Below are positions 1 through 8,300 of a stretch of DNA of 35,960 nt, in pieces. Below the pieces are notes generated by a model. It was given only the letters and a program-made list of their open reading frames with translations, did not search any database and was not told the origin of the DNA. A program made the translations under genes and the position numbers. Every line of letters begins with the position of its first letter. The first letter of the stretch is position 1. The DNA is from an uncultured Gammaproteobacteria bacterium (lineage in GTDB: Bacteria > Patescibacteriota > Microgenomatia > PFEM01 > CAZTHI01), in the NCBI GenBank assembly GCA_964613135.1, contig CAZTHI010000003.1:1-35960 (forward strand), read 5' to 3'.

Positions 1-46
1 GTTCGGTATCTTGCTTGTACTTTTCGATCCTATCTTGCCAGCTCAT
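1..46 (-). CDS. hypothetical protein, 5' fragment running off the window edge (paralog of 761..1393)
   Basis: ATG at 46..44 follows an AGGAG. The first 15 codons (MSWQDRIEKYKQDTE) parallel MGWQERVEAYKEIKR of the 761..1393 gene. Confidence 0.4.
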   Translation of the reverse strand, partial: MSWQDRIEKYKQDTE

Positions 47-115
47 ATTTTCTCCTTTAAAAAACTGCCCGTTAGGGCATTGAGGAAGTTATAGCACTTC
101 TGTCAATTTTTTACT
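33..115 (-). repeat. promoter/leader repeat, copy A
   Basis: Near-identical to 1380..1464. It covers the start codon, AGGAG, a small GC hairpin (66-70/75-79) followed by a U6 run on the minus strand, and TGCTATAAC. Confidence 0.7.
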
Positions 116-148
116 GGCGGAAAAGTAAAAGAGCAGAAATCAAAATAG

Positions 149-370
149 TCAAAGATTTCTTAGGATTTCCTCAATTGAAGATTCAGCTTGATGAATTATT
201 GAGCTTAAAGTTCCTTTAGAAATTGGCCTATTGTGAACTGCAACAGTCGCTTTTCTTCCATCCGCATGGACCAAACGAAAATGACTTCCTCGCTTGCGCT
301 TAATCTCAAATCCCATTTTTCTTAATGCTTTGATAAGTTTCAGAGGCTGAATTTGCGGCAGTTTGGTCAT
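149..370 (-). CDS. hicA: HicA-family mRNA interferase toxin
   Basis: 73 aa. LIKALRKMGFEIKRKRGSHFRL is typical of HicA/YcfA. It overlaps the upstream partner by 4 bp. Confidence 0.8.
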   Translation of the reverse strand: MTKLPQIQPLKLIKALRKMGFEIKRKRGSHFRLVHADGRKATVAVHNRPISKGTLSSIIHQAESSIEEILRNL

Positions 371-642
371 GGGGTAAAGGATAATCCAAGAGGCAACTCT
401 ATTCTTGCCGTAGTGATTATCTCTTTATTTAATTCATCTACAGGAATTTTCTCTTTTTCTGCCGCCAAACATTCAAGATGAAATTTAATTAATTTCTGGA
501 TATTTACCAAGGCTTCCTCAAAAGAATCCCCATCGTCGGCAATTCCCAGCGTAGGACAAAATGCAGAAAAACAGGGCTTATCTGTTCCTGTTCTTTCATC
601 TGGTTTTACAATTATTCGGTAATTTAAAACTTTAGTTTGCAT
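367..642 (-). CDS. hicB: HicB-family antitoxin
   Basis: 91 aa, with a HicB-like N-terminal fold pattern (YRIIVKPDE..FSAFCPTLG..GDSFEEAL). Translationally coupled to hicA. Confidence 0.7.
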   Translation of the reverse strand: MQTKVLNYRIIVKPDERTGTDKPCFSAFCPTLGIADDGDSFEEALVNIQKLIKFHLECLAAEKEKIPVDELNKEIITTARIELPLGLSFTP

Positions 643-651
643 CTTGCTTTA

Positions 652-660
652 ATTTTACCA
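652..660 (-). promoter_or_regulatory. extended -10 (TGGTAAAAT) 9 nt upstream of the hicB ATG; implies a leaderless or near-leaderless mRNA
   Basis: Minus strand reads TGGTAAAAT-taaagcaag-ATG with no SD. The same architecture precedes the other two TA operons. Confidence 0.45.
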
Positions 661-760
661 CAACGTAAAGTTGCCCGCAACCACGTTGCTTTACGCAGCC
701 AGTCCAGAAATTGCCATTACAATATAGGGTAAAAGAGTGAAAGAATAGAAGAGTAAAAAT

Positions 761-1393
761 TTATCTGCTTCCGCGACGGGCCTTTTCGGCTTCGGCCAAT
801 TCCAAAAAATATTCAAATTCCACCGGAGGTTTAAGCCCCTCCTCAATAATTGCCTGAATTACTCGCTGCTCTGCCAACTCCTTCCGTCTATCATAAGGAG
901 GAGGGTCCGTCCATTCTTCCTCCGCTTGTTCCATTAGAATTTCTTTGATTACCAGCTCTTCCATTAAAAACCTCGCATTCGGATGGTTAGCTTTAAAAAA
1001 AGATGGTTCAACAGTCCTTCCGTCAATAAGGGCTATAAAAATGTCTTTGCTATTTTTATTAAAATCATCGTCATACCTAGTCACAATTGACAGTTTACGG
1101 TGCTTAATCTCTATCCCTCGAGGTACCCAAAAGGTGCCGAAGCTTACGCCTGTTTCGTAATAGGGCCATGTTGCTTCTAAACTAACCTCCGCCAGAATCG
1201 GGGTTTCTGCAGTCACCTTATCTAAGTTCGGCGAAACTAATACTTCTCCTAATCTCCAAATCTCATCCCTTATTTGTAAAAAAGTTTTTTGGCAACCAAA
1301 ACTTTCCAAGACAGAGAGAAGTGGGAGCACTTTTTCCAGAACATCCCTCCGTTTAATCTCTTTATAGGCTTCGACTCTTTCTTGCCAGCCCAT
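761..1393 (-). CDS. hypothetical protein (no recognisable domain)
   Basis: ORF 761..1429. The internal ATG at 1393 is preferred because AGGAGAAAAT precedes it and the paralog at the window start begins at the same residue. Confidence 0.6.
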   Translation of the reverse strand: MGWQERVEAYKEIKRRDVLEKVLPLLSVLESFGCQKTFLQIRDEIWRLGEVLVSPNLDKVTAETPILAEVSLEATWPYYETGVSFGTFWVPRGIEIKHRKLSIVTRYDDDFNKNSKDIFIALIDGRTVEPSFFKANHPNARFLMEELVIKEILMEQAEEEWTDPPPYDRRKELAEQRVIQAIIEEGLKPPVEFEYFLELAEAEKARRGSR

Positions 1394-1464
1394 ATTTTCT
1401 CCTTTAAAAAACTGCCCCTTGTGGGGCATTGAGGAAATTATAGCACTTCTGTCAATTTTTTGCT
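1380..1464 (-). repeat. promoter/leader repeat, copy B
   Basis: Matches 33..115. Contains the extended -10 TGCTATAAT (1437..1445, minus strand), a leader hairpin and an SD. Confidence 0.7.
1405..1428 (-). promoter_or_regulatory. terminator-like leader hairpin (UGCCCC-ACAA-GGGGCA followed by U6) between promoter and SD
   Basis: Stem 1413-1418/1423-1428, with an A6 run on the plus strand at 1405-1410. Copy A keeps the stem with different stem and loop sequence (TGCCC-TAAC-GGGCA). Confidence 0.35.
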
Positions 1465-1500
1465 ACATTTGGTTTCTATTTTGACGAAGAGGAAAAAGAT

Positions 1501-1908
1501 TTAACCTGAGCTGCCCATCTTTTTTCTCACGAAATCAAAAATCTCTTCGGCACATTTTTTAGCCTTCAGGGCATCATCTTCTTTTAACTCTCCTTCTAAA
1601 AGATGACCATTGGGATAGCGTGTCGCAATATAAAACTTATCAAGGAACCTAAGCTTTTCTCTAATTTGATTAATTTCTGGCGCTAACTCTTCTACCTCTT
1701 TGGCCAAACGCTCTAAAGAATGAATCTTTATTGGTTTTTTGCCAAAAAATAACCATAAGGCTTTTAGGGATTTCTCCGCTACTTGTTGACTCCAAAAAGA
1801 GACCGCCACATAAAGTTTTCCCTTTAAATCCCATTGAATATACTTAAGTTCGTTCTCTGCCGTCGCCAGAAAATCCTCAATGTCCTTTTGGTATTTAGGC
1901 GGCTTCAT
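1501..1908 (-). CDS. HEPN domain protein (toxin-like partner of the MNT)
   Basis: Contains AEKSLKAL...FYIATRYPNGH, giving the R-x4-H HEPN motif. Start taken at the internal ATG 1908; the ORF extends to 1941. Confidence 0.75.
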   Translation of the reverse strand: MKPPKYQKDIEDFLATAENELKYIQWDLKGKLYVAVSFWSQQVAEKSLKALWLFFGKKPIKIHSLERLAKEVEELAPEINQIREKLRFLDKFYIATRYPNGHLLEGELKEDDALKAKKCAEEIFDFVRKKMGSSG

Positions 1909-2215
1909 AAATAACTTTTCCTTTACCCAAGACCTCTTCAATAAACATTCTATTTTCCTTCTTCGCCCGAGAAAACTCCTGGGGAGTATAGACTACCGGG
2001 TCAACGGGTATCTCAAACTCCGCCACTAAATCCAATACTTCACCAATTCGATCCATAAAACGCTTCTTCGTTTTTTTAAGAATAAATAAGTCTAAATCAC
2101 TTTGGGCCCCAAATTTCCCTTCGGCAGCTGAGCCAAAGAGAATAATTTTTTCTGGTTGATACTCCTGAAGAGCAATAACAATATTTTTCAGGGTTGTTTT
2201 GAATAAGTCCGCCAT
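1895..2215 (-). CDS. minimal nucleotidyltransferase (MNT), pol-beta superfamily
   Basis: LFGSAAEGKFGAQSDLDLFIL gives the GS...DxD motif. ATG at 2215 lies 9 nt below TGGTAGAAT; the ORF track begins at a TTG at 2224. Confidence 0.75.
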   Translation of the reverse strand: MADLFKTTLKNIVIALQEYQPEKIILFGSAAEGKFGAQSDLDLFILKKTKKRFMDRIGEVLDLVAEFEIPVDPVVYTPQEFSRAKKENRMFIEEVLGKGKVIYEAA

Positions 2216-2224
2216 CTTGGCCAA

Positions 2225-2233
2225 ATTCTACCA
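2225..2233 (-). promoter_or_regulatory. extended -10 (TGGTAGAAT) 9 nt upstream of the MNT ATG
   Basis: Minus strand reads TGGTAGAAT-ttggccaag-ATG. The 15-mer GTCCAGAAATTGCCA (2240..2254) just upstream recurs at 702..716. Confidence 0.45.
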
Positions 2234-2300
2234 CATCCTGTCCAGAAATTGCCAGCACGATAGAGTAGAAGAGTAAAAGAGCGGGAGAGTAAAAATAATT

Positions 2301-2732
2301 TTAGGATTTCTTCGCAAGAAATTTGAGGATATAGCCGCAATATTGAGCGTATTGGCGGACGGCCTGAGCCACTGATTTGTAAATAATCTCTTCTTGGGTA
2401 TCGTTATACTCATGCACCAAACGGTTTCTCAACCCGGCGCTGGGGGCAATTTTCTGGACAAAATCCCGGGGGTAAATCCCCAAATCCGCTAAAACATAAA
2501 AGGTGTCTTCGTAACCCCTGATTTTCTCATCACCCTTACCCAGCTCGGCAATCAAATGTTGATTAATATCAATCGCCCGCATAATAATTTTTTCCAACAA
2601 CCGCTCCACCGCGCTCATTTTCGTAAAGTCGGCCGCCAACTCCTTAAATGAGATCTGGCTTAGTGCCTCTAGTCGGCCTAGGTCTTCCTGAATGAGTTTT
2701 ATTTTTCGGCGAACAAAGTTTTTATCAAGCAT
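2301..2732 (-). CDS. hepT: HepT-like (DUF86) HEPN toxin
   Basis: 143 aa. RNRLVHEY gives the R-x4-H motif in DUF86 context. Overlaps mntA by 8 bp. Confidence 0.8.
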   Translation of the reverse strand: MLDKNFVRRKIKLIQEDLGRLEALSQISFKELAADFTKMSAVERLLEKIIMRAIDINQHLIAELGKGDEKIRGYEDTFYVLADLGIYPRDFVQKIAPSAGLRNRLVHEYNDTQEEIIYKSVAQAVRQYAQYCGYILKFLAKKS

Positions 2733-3150
2733 ACTTTTGGTTCAGATAATTTTGATACTTATCGATCAAATGCTTTTCCAATTTAAATAAGTCTTTCGCA
2801 TCATAATAAATTCTGAAAGCGTAGGCCCGAAACTCGTTATAATCAGAAAGCGTGCCATAGAGCAATTGGCTGTCTTTGGCGACCTGATAACAAAAAAGCG
2901 GGTCGGCTTGATGAAGAGATTTAAGGTCCAGCTCCCGATTTTGATCATCGCCAAAAACCCCAGCCAAATCTCCATGAAGACTAAGCAGGATTTCAAACTT
3001 AATCGGTTTTTTGCCCAAAACGGCAATATCTAAATCACTGTTTTTGCCGGCGGTGTTTTTGGCATAAGAACCATGTAAAAGTATCAATTTTAGCTGACAT
3101 TTTCCCCCGATTTTTTTAATTTTCTGCTTCTGTTCTTTGGTTATTTTCAT
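2725..3150 (-). CDS. mntA: MntA-like nucleotidyltransferase antitoxin
   Basis: LLHGSYAKNTAGKNSDLDIAVL gives the GS...DxD motif. Sits upstream of and overlaps hepT. Confidence 0.8.
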   Translation of the reverse strand: MKITKEQKQKIKKIGGKCQLKLILLHGSYAKNTAGKNSDLDIAVLGKKPIKFEILLSLHGDLAGVFGDDQNRELDLKSLHQADPLFCYQVAKDSQLLYGTLSDYNEFRAYAFRIYYDAKDLFKLEKHLIDKYQNYLNQKYA

Positions 3151-3159
3151 CTTGGTTAA

Positions 3160-3168
3160 ATTTTACCA
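3160..3168 (-). promoter_or_regulatory. extended -10 (TGGTAAAAT) 9 nt upstream of the mntA ATG
   Basis: Minus strand reads TGGTAAAAT-ttaaccaag-ATG. Confidence 0.45.
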
Positions 3169-3295
3169 CACCCTATCTAAAAGTTTCCAGTCGGGTAATT
3201 TGCCCTATTTGGGTTGTAATCTGACCGCCTTTGAAGCAGTTGAAGTGGATTGGGAAGCAATTTAGAATAGAGGACAGGGGTTAGCCCTGCCCAAA

Positions 3296-4189
3296 ATGGA
3301 ACAACATCCGGTACCACAAAATATTGCCTCTTACGAATTCCGTTTGGTCGGCGACATGACCATCAAGCAGTTTGCTTATTTGGCCACCGGCTGTTTGGTG
3401 GGCTTGGTCCTCTATAGTTCTGCCTTGCCCGCCTTTATCAAATTGCCGCTAGCTTTTGGCGCGGGTTTTTTGGGGTTTGCTTTTGCTTTTTTGCCCATCG
3501 AAGAGCGGCCCTTAAGCCAATGGCTGATGGCTTTCAGCAAGGCGATTTTTGCGCCGACCCAATTTATCTGGAAAAAACAAATTAGAGAACCGGAGCTTTT
3601 TCGGCCTTCAACGCCAATCCCGGCCGCTGCGGCCAAGAACAGTCCCATTCCGCCCACCGACCGGAAACAACTGGAGGAGTATTTGAAAACATTACCCTAC
3701 CAGCCGGCGGCGACCAGTTTGGACCAAAAAGAAGCCGACTATTTGCAAAGATTACAGGCACTGGGTCAAGCCGCTCCCTCGGTGGCGCCAACCCCGATCA
3801 TTATGCCGATAAAAATCACGCCGGTGAGAAAAGCGCCGGTTTTTGAAGCCAAAACCAGCCTGCAACTACCCATTCCCACCCCGCCCGACCGGCCCAATAT
3901 TCTGGTGGGCATGGTTTTAGACGCCACCAACCAAATGATTGAAGGGGCCATTTTGGAAATCCGGCGCAGCGACGACATGCCGGTTCGGGCCTTAAAAACC
4001 AATAAACTGGGCCAATTCCAAATTGTCACGCCGCTGGCCAACGACACCTACGAAATCGAGATCGAAAAGGAAGGCTATCAATTTGATATAATTAAAATCG
4101 AAGTGAAAGGGGAAATTATCTCACCCTTAGAGATCCACGCGCGCGCTAGGGCGCAAATGGAGAATGTCGAATTGAGAATGATGAATTAA
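3296..4189 (+). CDS. PrgI/VirB3-like membrane protein with a C-terminal carboxypeptidase-regulatory-like beta domain
   Basis: N-terminus QNIASYEFRLVGDMTIKQFAYL plus two TM helices, as in PrgI-family proteins. C-terminal GMVLDATNQ..YEIEIEKEGYQF. The last ~10 codons lie in a heptamer array. Confidence 0.6.
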   Translation: MEQHPVPQNIASYEFRLVGDMTIKQFAYLATGCLVGLVLYSSALPAFIKLPLAFGAGFLGFAFAFLPIEERPLSQWLMAFSKAIFAPTQFIWKKQIREPELFRPSTPIPAAAAKNSPIPPTDRKQLEEYLKTLPYQPAATSLDQKEADYLQRLQALGQAAPSVAPTPIIMPIKITPVRKAPVFEAKTSLQLPIPTPPDRPNILVGMVLDATNQMIEGAILEIRRSDDMPVRALKTNKLGQFQIVTPLANDTYEIEIEKEGYQFDIIKIEVKGEIISPLEIHARARAQMENVELRMMN

Positions 4190-4194
4190 AAATG
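4160..4194 (+). repeat. heptamer-periodic array (gagaatg tcgaatt gagaatg atgaatt aaaaatg), left arm around the four-helix-bundle gene
   Basis: 7-bp periodicity read directly. It is an imperfect reverse complement of 4555..4589. It spans the stop of the upstream ORF and the ATG of the next gene. Confidence 0.7.
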
Positions 4195-4548
4195 GAGAAA
4201 AGAAAAGACATTCTCGAAAGAACTTTTAAATTTGGGGTGGCGATCATCAAGCTGGCAAATTTTTTACCGAAAACGCCATCGGGTTTTACCATCACCAATC
4301 AAATTGTTCGTTCCGGAACCAGCGTTGGTGCCAACATTGAAGAAGCCCAAGATGCGTCAACTAAAAAGGAATTTATTAAAAGCGTCAGTATCGCCCTAAG
4401 GGAAGCAAGGGAAACTAAATTTTGGTTAAGAACGGCGACGGAATCGGATAACTTAAAACCGGAAATAACAAAAAACATTTTGAACGAATCGGAAGAATTA
4501 ATCAAAATTTTAGTGGCAATTATTAAAAAATCAAAAATGAATTTATGA
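4192..4548 (+). CDS. four-helix-bundle protein (23S rRNA intervening-sequence protein family)
   Basis: RTFKFGVAIIKL...QIVRSGTSVGANIEEAQ...KEFI..L.IALREARETKFWL is the family signature. Confidence 0.85.
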   Translation: MEKRKDILERTFKFGVAIIKLANFLPKTPSGFTITNQIVRSGTSVGANIEEAQDASTKKEFIKSVSIALREARETKFWLRTATESDNLKPEITKNILNESEELIKILVAIIKKSKMNL

Positions 4549-4554
4549 TTCTTT

Positions 4555-4589
4555 CATTCTCAATTATCAATTCTCAATTCTTAATTTCA
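4555..4589 (+). repeat. heptamer-periodic array (cattctc aattatc aattctc aattctt aatttca), right arm
   Basis: Five 7-bp units, complementary in family to 4160..4194. Ends 4 nt before the next ATG. Confidence 0.7.
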
Positions 4590-4593
4590 TAAT

Positions 4594-5328
4594 ATGGTCG
4601 ATCCTGCCAAAGTCGCCATCCGCGCTTCCACTCAGCAATATTTAAATATTGAGGATATTCTCGATGACGTGGTGATTTTAAAAGACGGCGGCGCCTGTTT
4701 GGTCATCATGGCCACCGCTATCAACTTTGGCTTACTTTCGGAAAAAGAGCAGGACGCCACCATTTACGCCTACGCCAGCCTGCTTAATTCCTTAACCTTC
4801 CCCATCCAAATTGTCATCCGTTCCCAAAAAAAAGATATTTCCGCTTATATCAAGCTTTTGGGCGAGGCGGAGGCCAAGGAAACCCGGCCAAAAAATAAAG
4901 AACAAATCCGCCAATACCGGAATTTTGTCACCCAAACCGTGCAAAAAAATGACGTCCTGGACAAAAAATTTTATTTAACCATTCCCATGACCGCCCTGGA
5001 ATTGGGGATTACTCAAGGCTTAACCGCCGGCCTGGCGCCCAAAAAAGGGCTTTCCTTTGAAAAAAATTATGTTTTGGAGCGGGCCAAAATTAATCTTTAT
5101 CCCAAGCGCGACCATTTATTCCGTTTGCTGGCCCGGCTGGGTTTAAAAAGCCGGCAACTAAACACGACCGAATTAATCCAACTTTTCTTCACGATTTATA
5201 ATCCGGAATCTTCGGGCCAAGGCATTGTTAGCGCAGAACAATATGAGGCGCCGCTGGTCCAATCAAATAAACCACCAACCGAGGTTTACAAAAAGATTAA
5301 CGAACTGGTTTCGGAGGGTGCCAAATGA
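4594..5328 (+). CDS. T4SS-associated protein resembling a VirB4 N-terminal domain (no ATPase motifs)
   Basis: YLNIEDILDDVVILKDGG..INFGLLSEKEQDA..YASLLNSLTFPIQIVIRS resembles the N-domain of Gram-positive VirB4/TrsE. Its stop overlaps the next gene's start (ATGA). Confidence 0.4.
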   Translation: MVDPAKVAIRASTQQYLNIEDILDDVVILKDGGACLVIMATAINFGLLSEKEQDATIYAYASLLNSLTFPIQIVIRSQKKDISAYIKLLGEAEAKETRPKNKEQIRQYRNFVTQTVQKNDVLDKKFYLTIPMTALELGITQGLTAGLAPKKGLSFEKNYVLERAKINLYPKRDHLFRLLARLGLKSRQLNTTELIQLFFTIYNPESSGQGIVSAEQYEAPLVQSNKPPTEVYKKINELVSEGAK

Positions 5329-8300
5329 ATCTGCCTTTTACCTCCCCCAAACCTCTTCCCCCAACATCGCCCAATGCCCAGCTGGCCAAAGGGCTAGTGG
5401 ATATCCAGGACGTCATCGCGCCGCCGGCGATTGAAGTTGATTTCGATTTTTTACGCATCGGCAACAAATATTTCCGCACCCTTTTTGTCGCCGGCTATCC
5501 GCGCTTTGTGTCCGCTAATTGGCTGGCGCCCTTAATTAATTTTGACCACACTCTGGAAATCGCCATGTATATTTATCCTATCGAGGGCCGGGGAGTGTTG
5601 GATGACTTGCGCCGGAAAACCGCAGAGATGGAAGCCGAAATGCAGATTGACTTGGAAAGAGGCCGCATGGTTGATCCGGGCACCAAAGCCAAATTGGAAG
5701 ACGCTCAAAAACTCCAGGAGCAACTGATCAAAGGTGTGGAGCGCTTCTTTCAGTTTGGGTTGTACGTGACTATTCCGGCCGATTCCTTACAAGAGTTAAA
5801 CCAAATTTCCAAACAAGTGGCTGCCACCCTGGGCTCGCTGCTGATTGTTGCCAAACACGCTACCCTGCAAATGGAGGACGGCTTTAAAACCACTATTCCT
5901 ACCTGCACCGACAAATTGATGATCACCCGCAACATGGACACCACCTCCTTGGCCACCACCTTTCCTTTTACCTCTTCGGAATTGACCGCCAACGAAGGCA
6001 TTTTATACGGCATCAACGAGCACAATGATTCTTTAATTGTCTTTGACCGGTTCACTTTGGAAAACGCCAACTCGGTGATTTTCGGAAAAGCGGGCTCGGG
6101 AAAATCGATTTATCGCGATTGTCCCATCCTTTTTGATGATGGTCAAGGGCCAAGAATCGGCAAGATTGGACCGTTGGTTGAGGGTTTGATTGCCAAAAAT
6201 GGAGCGAGCAAAATTGAGGAGGGAATTGAGGGAGTGATTAATCCCGAACTGAAAGTTTTCACTTTTGACCAAAATCTTAAAGGAAAATGGGCCAGTGTCA
6301 CTGTGGCCGCCCGGAAAAGATTTTCTCCTCGAAATCGTCTTTATCAAATTACAACCCAAAGTGGCCGCGAAATCACCGTTACTGCTGACCATAATTTAGT
6401 TGTTCTCCGTCATGGCAAAATTCGGGTAATGCGTAGTGAAGCCGTCAAAACCGGGGAAAGAATTCCTTTATCGAGGGTTTTACCCGCACCAGAAACTTGG
6501 CCCGGCCAGATTAACCCCAAAGATCTTGTTGACCAGTGGCCTGATTTCTTACCCCAACAGATTCCCCTCAATAAGGAAATTCTTTCCCTTCTAGGTCTTA
6601 TTACCAGCGAAGGTTACCTCGGCCCTCAACAGCTTTCAGTCTACAACGAAGTTCCCCTGGTACACAAGGCAATCATCTCGGGGGCAAAAATTCTGGGAGC
6701 AAAAATCAAGCCAATCTTTAAAAATAGAGGTAAAAATATTAAGGGGTTTTATCTTCAGCCAGCCTGGTTTAAAAAATTGTTCATCGCTCTTGGGGCCGGA
6801 GGGAAATCGGGAGAAAAACGGGTGCCGCCGGTTATTTTTTCCCTCTCCAATAAACAGGTTGCTAATTATCTGCGAGCTTATTTTGAAGGGGATGGGGAAA
6901 CTGGTTCCAATGGTGAAGTCGGGGCGACCTCTAAATCCAAAGAGCTTGTTTCTGATTTGACCTATTTGCTTTTGCGGTTCGGCATTGTCGCCCGAATCAG
7001 AAAAAAATGGAAAAGAGCAACTAATACAAATCATCAGGGAGACTACTACTATCAACTGGTTATTTCCGGCCAAGACAACCTCTTGTCCTTTATTAAAAAT
7101 GTTGGCTTCTTAAATGCCCAGAAGAATAGAAGAGTAGAAAAATTTATAAAACGAGCGACCAACACCAACGTTGACACCATTCCTGCTCTTGAGCCGATCC
7201 TCAAAAAACTTTACCGGGCTCTTTTTTCTGCTTCAGAAATCAAGGCCCCGGCTTACTTTTGCGAACTGATGAGAGGCGAGAAAACACCCTCCAGGGAAAT
7301 TCTCAAACAGATTATTAAGGATTGCGAGGGGCGCATCCAGGGGCTTAAAGAAAATCGCCAAAAAATTATCTTTCTCAAGAGCTTGCCTGATCTGAAAGAA
7401 CTTTATCAAAGGACCACTTATCACCGAAAGCTCAACCGTTTAGCCTGGCAAAATTTAGGTCAGTCCTGGAGATTAATGAAAAATCAAGCGGTTTCTCCAG
7501 GATTAGTAAATGTTTTACGGCTCTACCAGACTGTCGACGGCCAAACCATCGCCGTTCCTGAAGTAAAAGAAACGATCTATCAATCCTTTGCCGTCTCTGG
7601 TCTTTCTTTGCGAAAATTTGATGACGGACTTTGGGATGCCGTCACTCAAAACAAAAACGGCGACACTCAATATCAAAAAGTTATTCTGGCTATTCAGTAT
7701 CTTAACCAAAAATATCGTTCAATTCAGCTCTCCCTCCGTCATGCTGAAGAAAAACTTTCTTGGTTAAAGCTTTTAGCCAATTCTGATCTCTTTTGGGACC
7801 CCATTGCCAAAATCGAGAGAATCAAGCATCAAGAAAAATACGTCTATGACCTAATGGTTAACAACGAGGTTTTTCTGGCTGGTTTGGGGGGAATGTTTGT
7901 TCACAATTCCTATCTGGTCAAACTGGAAATCTTGCGGTCTTTAATGTTCGGCACGGAAATTATCGTCATTGACCCAGAGGCGGAATATAAAACTTTATGC
8001 GAGGCCGTTAACGGCGAATACATTACTTTCGGATTCCGCAGTCCTGCCAAAATTAATCCCTTTGACTTATCGGCGATTTACGAAGAAGGGGAAAACGAGC
8101 TGAACTTAAAAATCCTGGGGCTTCATTCACTCTTTAAGGTCATCATGGGCCAGCTGAACCCGACTGAAGAAGCGGTTTTGGACCGGGCCTTGATTTTGAC
8201 TTACAAAATGAAAGGCATTACCCCCGAACCGGCCACGCAAAACCGGGAGCCGCCACTGATGGAGGATTTGTACAAAGCCTTGCGGGGTATGGAAGAACCA

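Noticed and set aside
2228-2413. 61-aa ORF overlapping the hepT 3' end and the MNT promoter region. A similar case is 2766..3026 inside mntA.
   Set aside because: Alternative-frame ORFs within or abutting well-supported TA genes, with no independent support.
3412-4047. Antisense ORFs (3412..3657, 3582..3791, 3766..4047) opposite the PrgI-like gene. Similar shadows occur at 945..1160, 5532..7709 (several), 9287..9925, 11194..11907, 12632..13360, 19447..20040 and 22735..23283.
   Set aside because: They overlap well-supported genes on the other strand or in another frame. They have low-complexity or Pro/Arg/Gly-rich composition and no motifs, which is typical of shadow ORFs.
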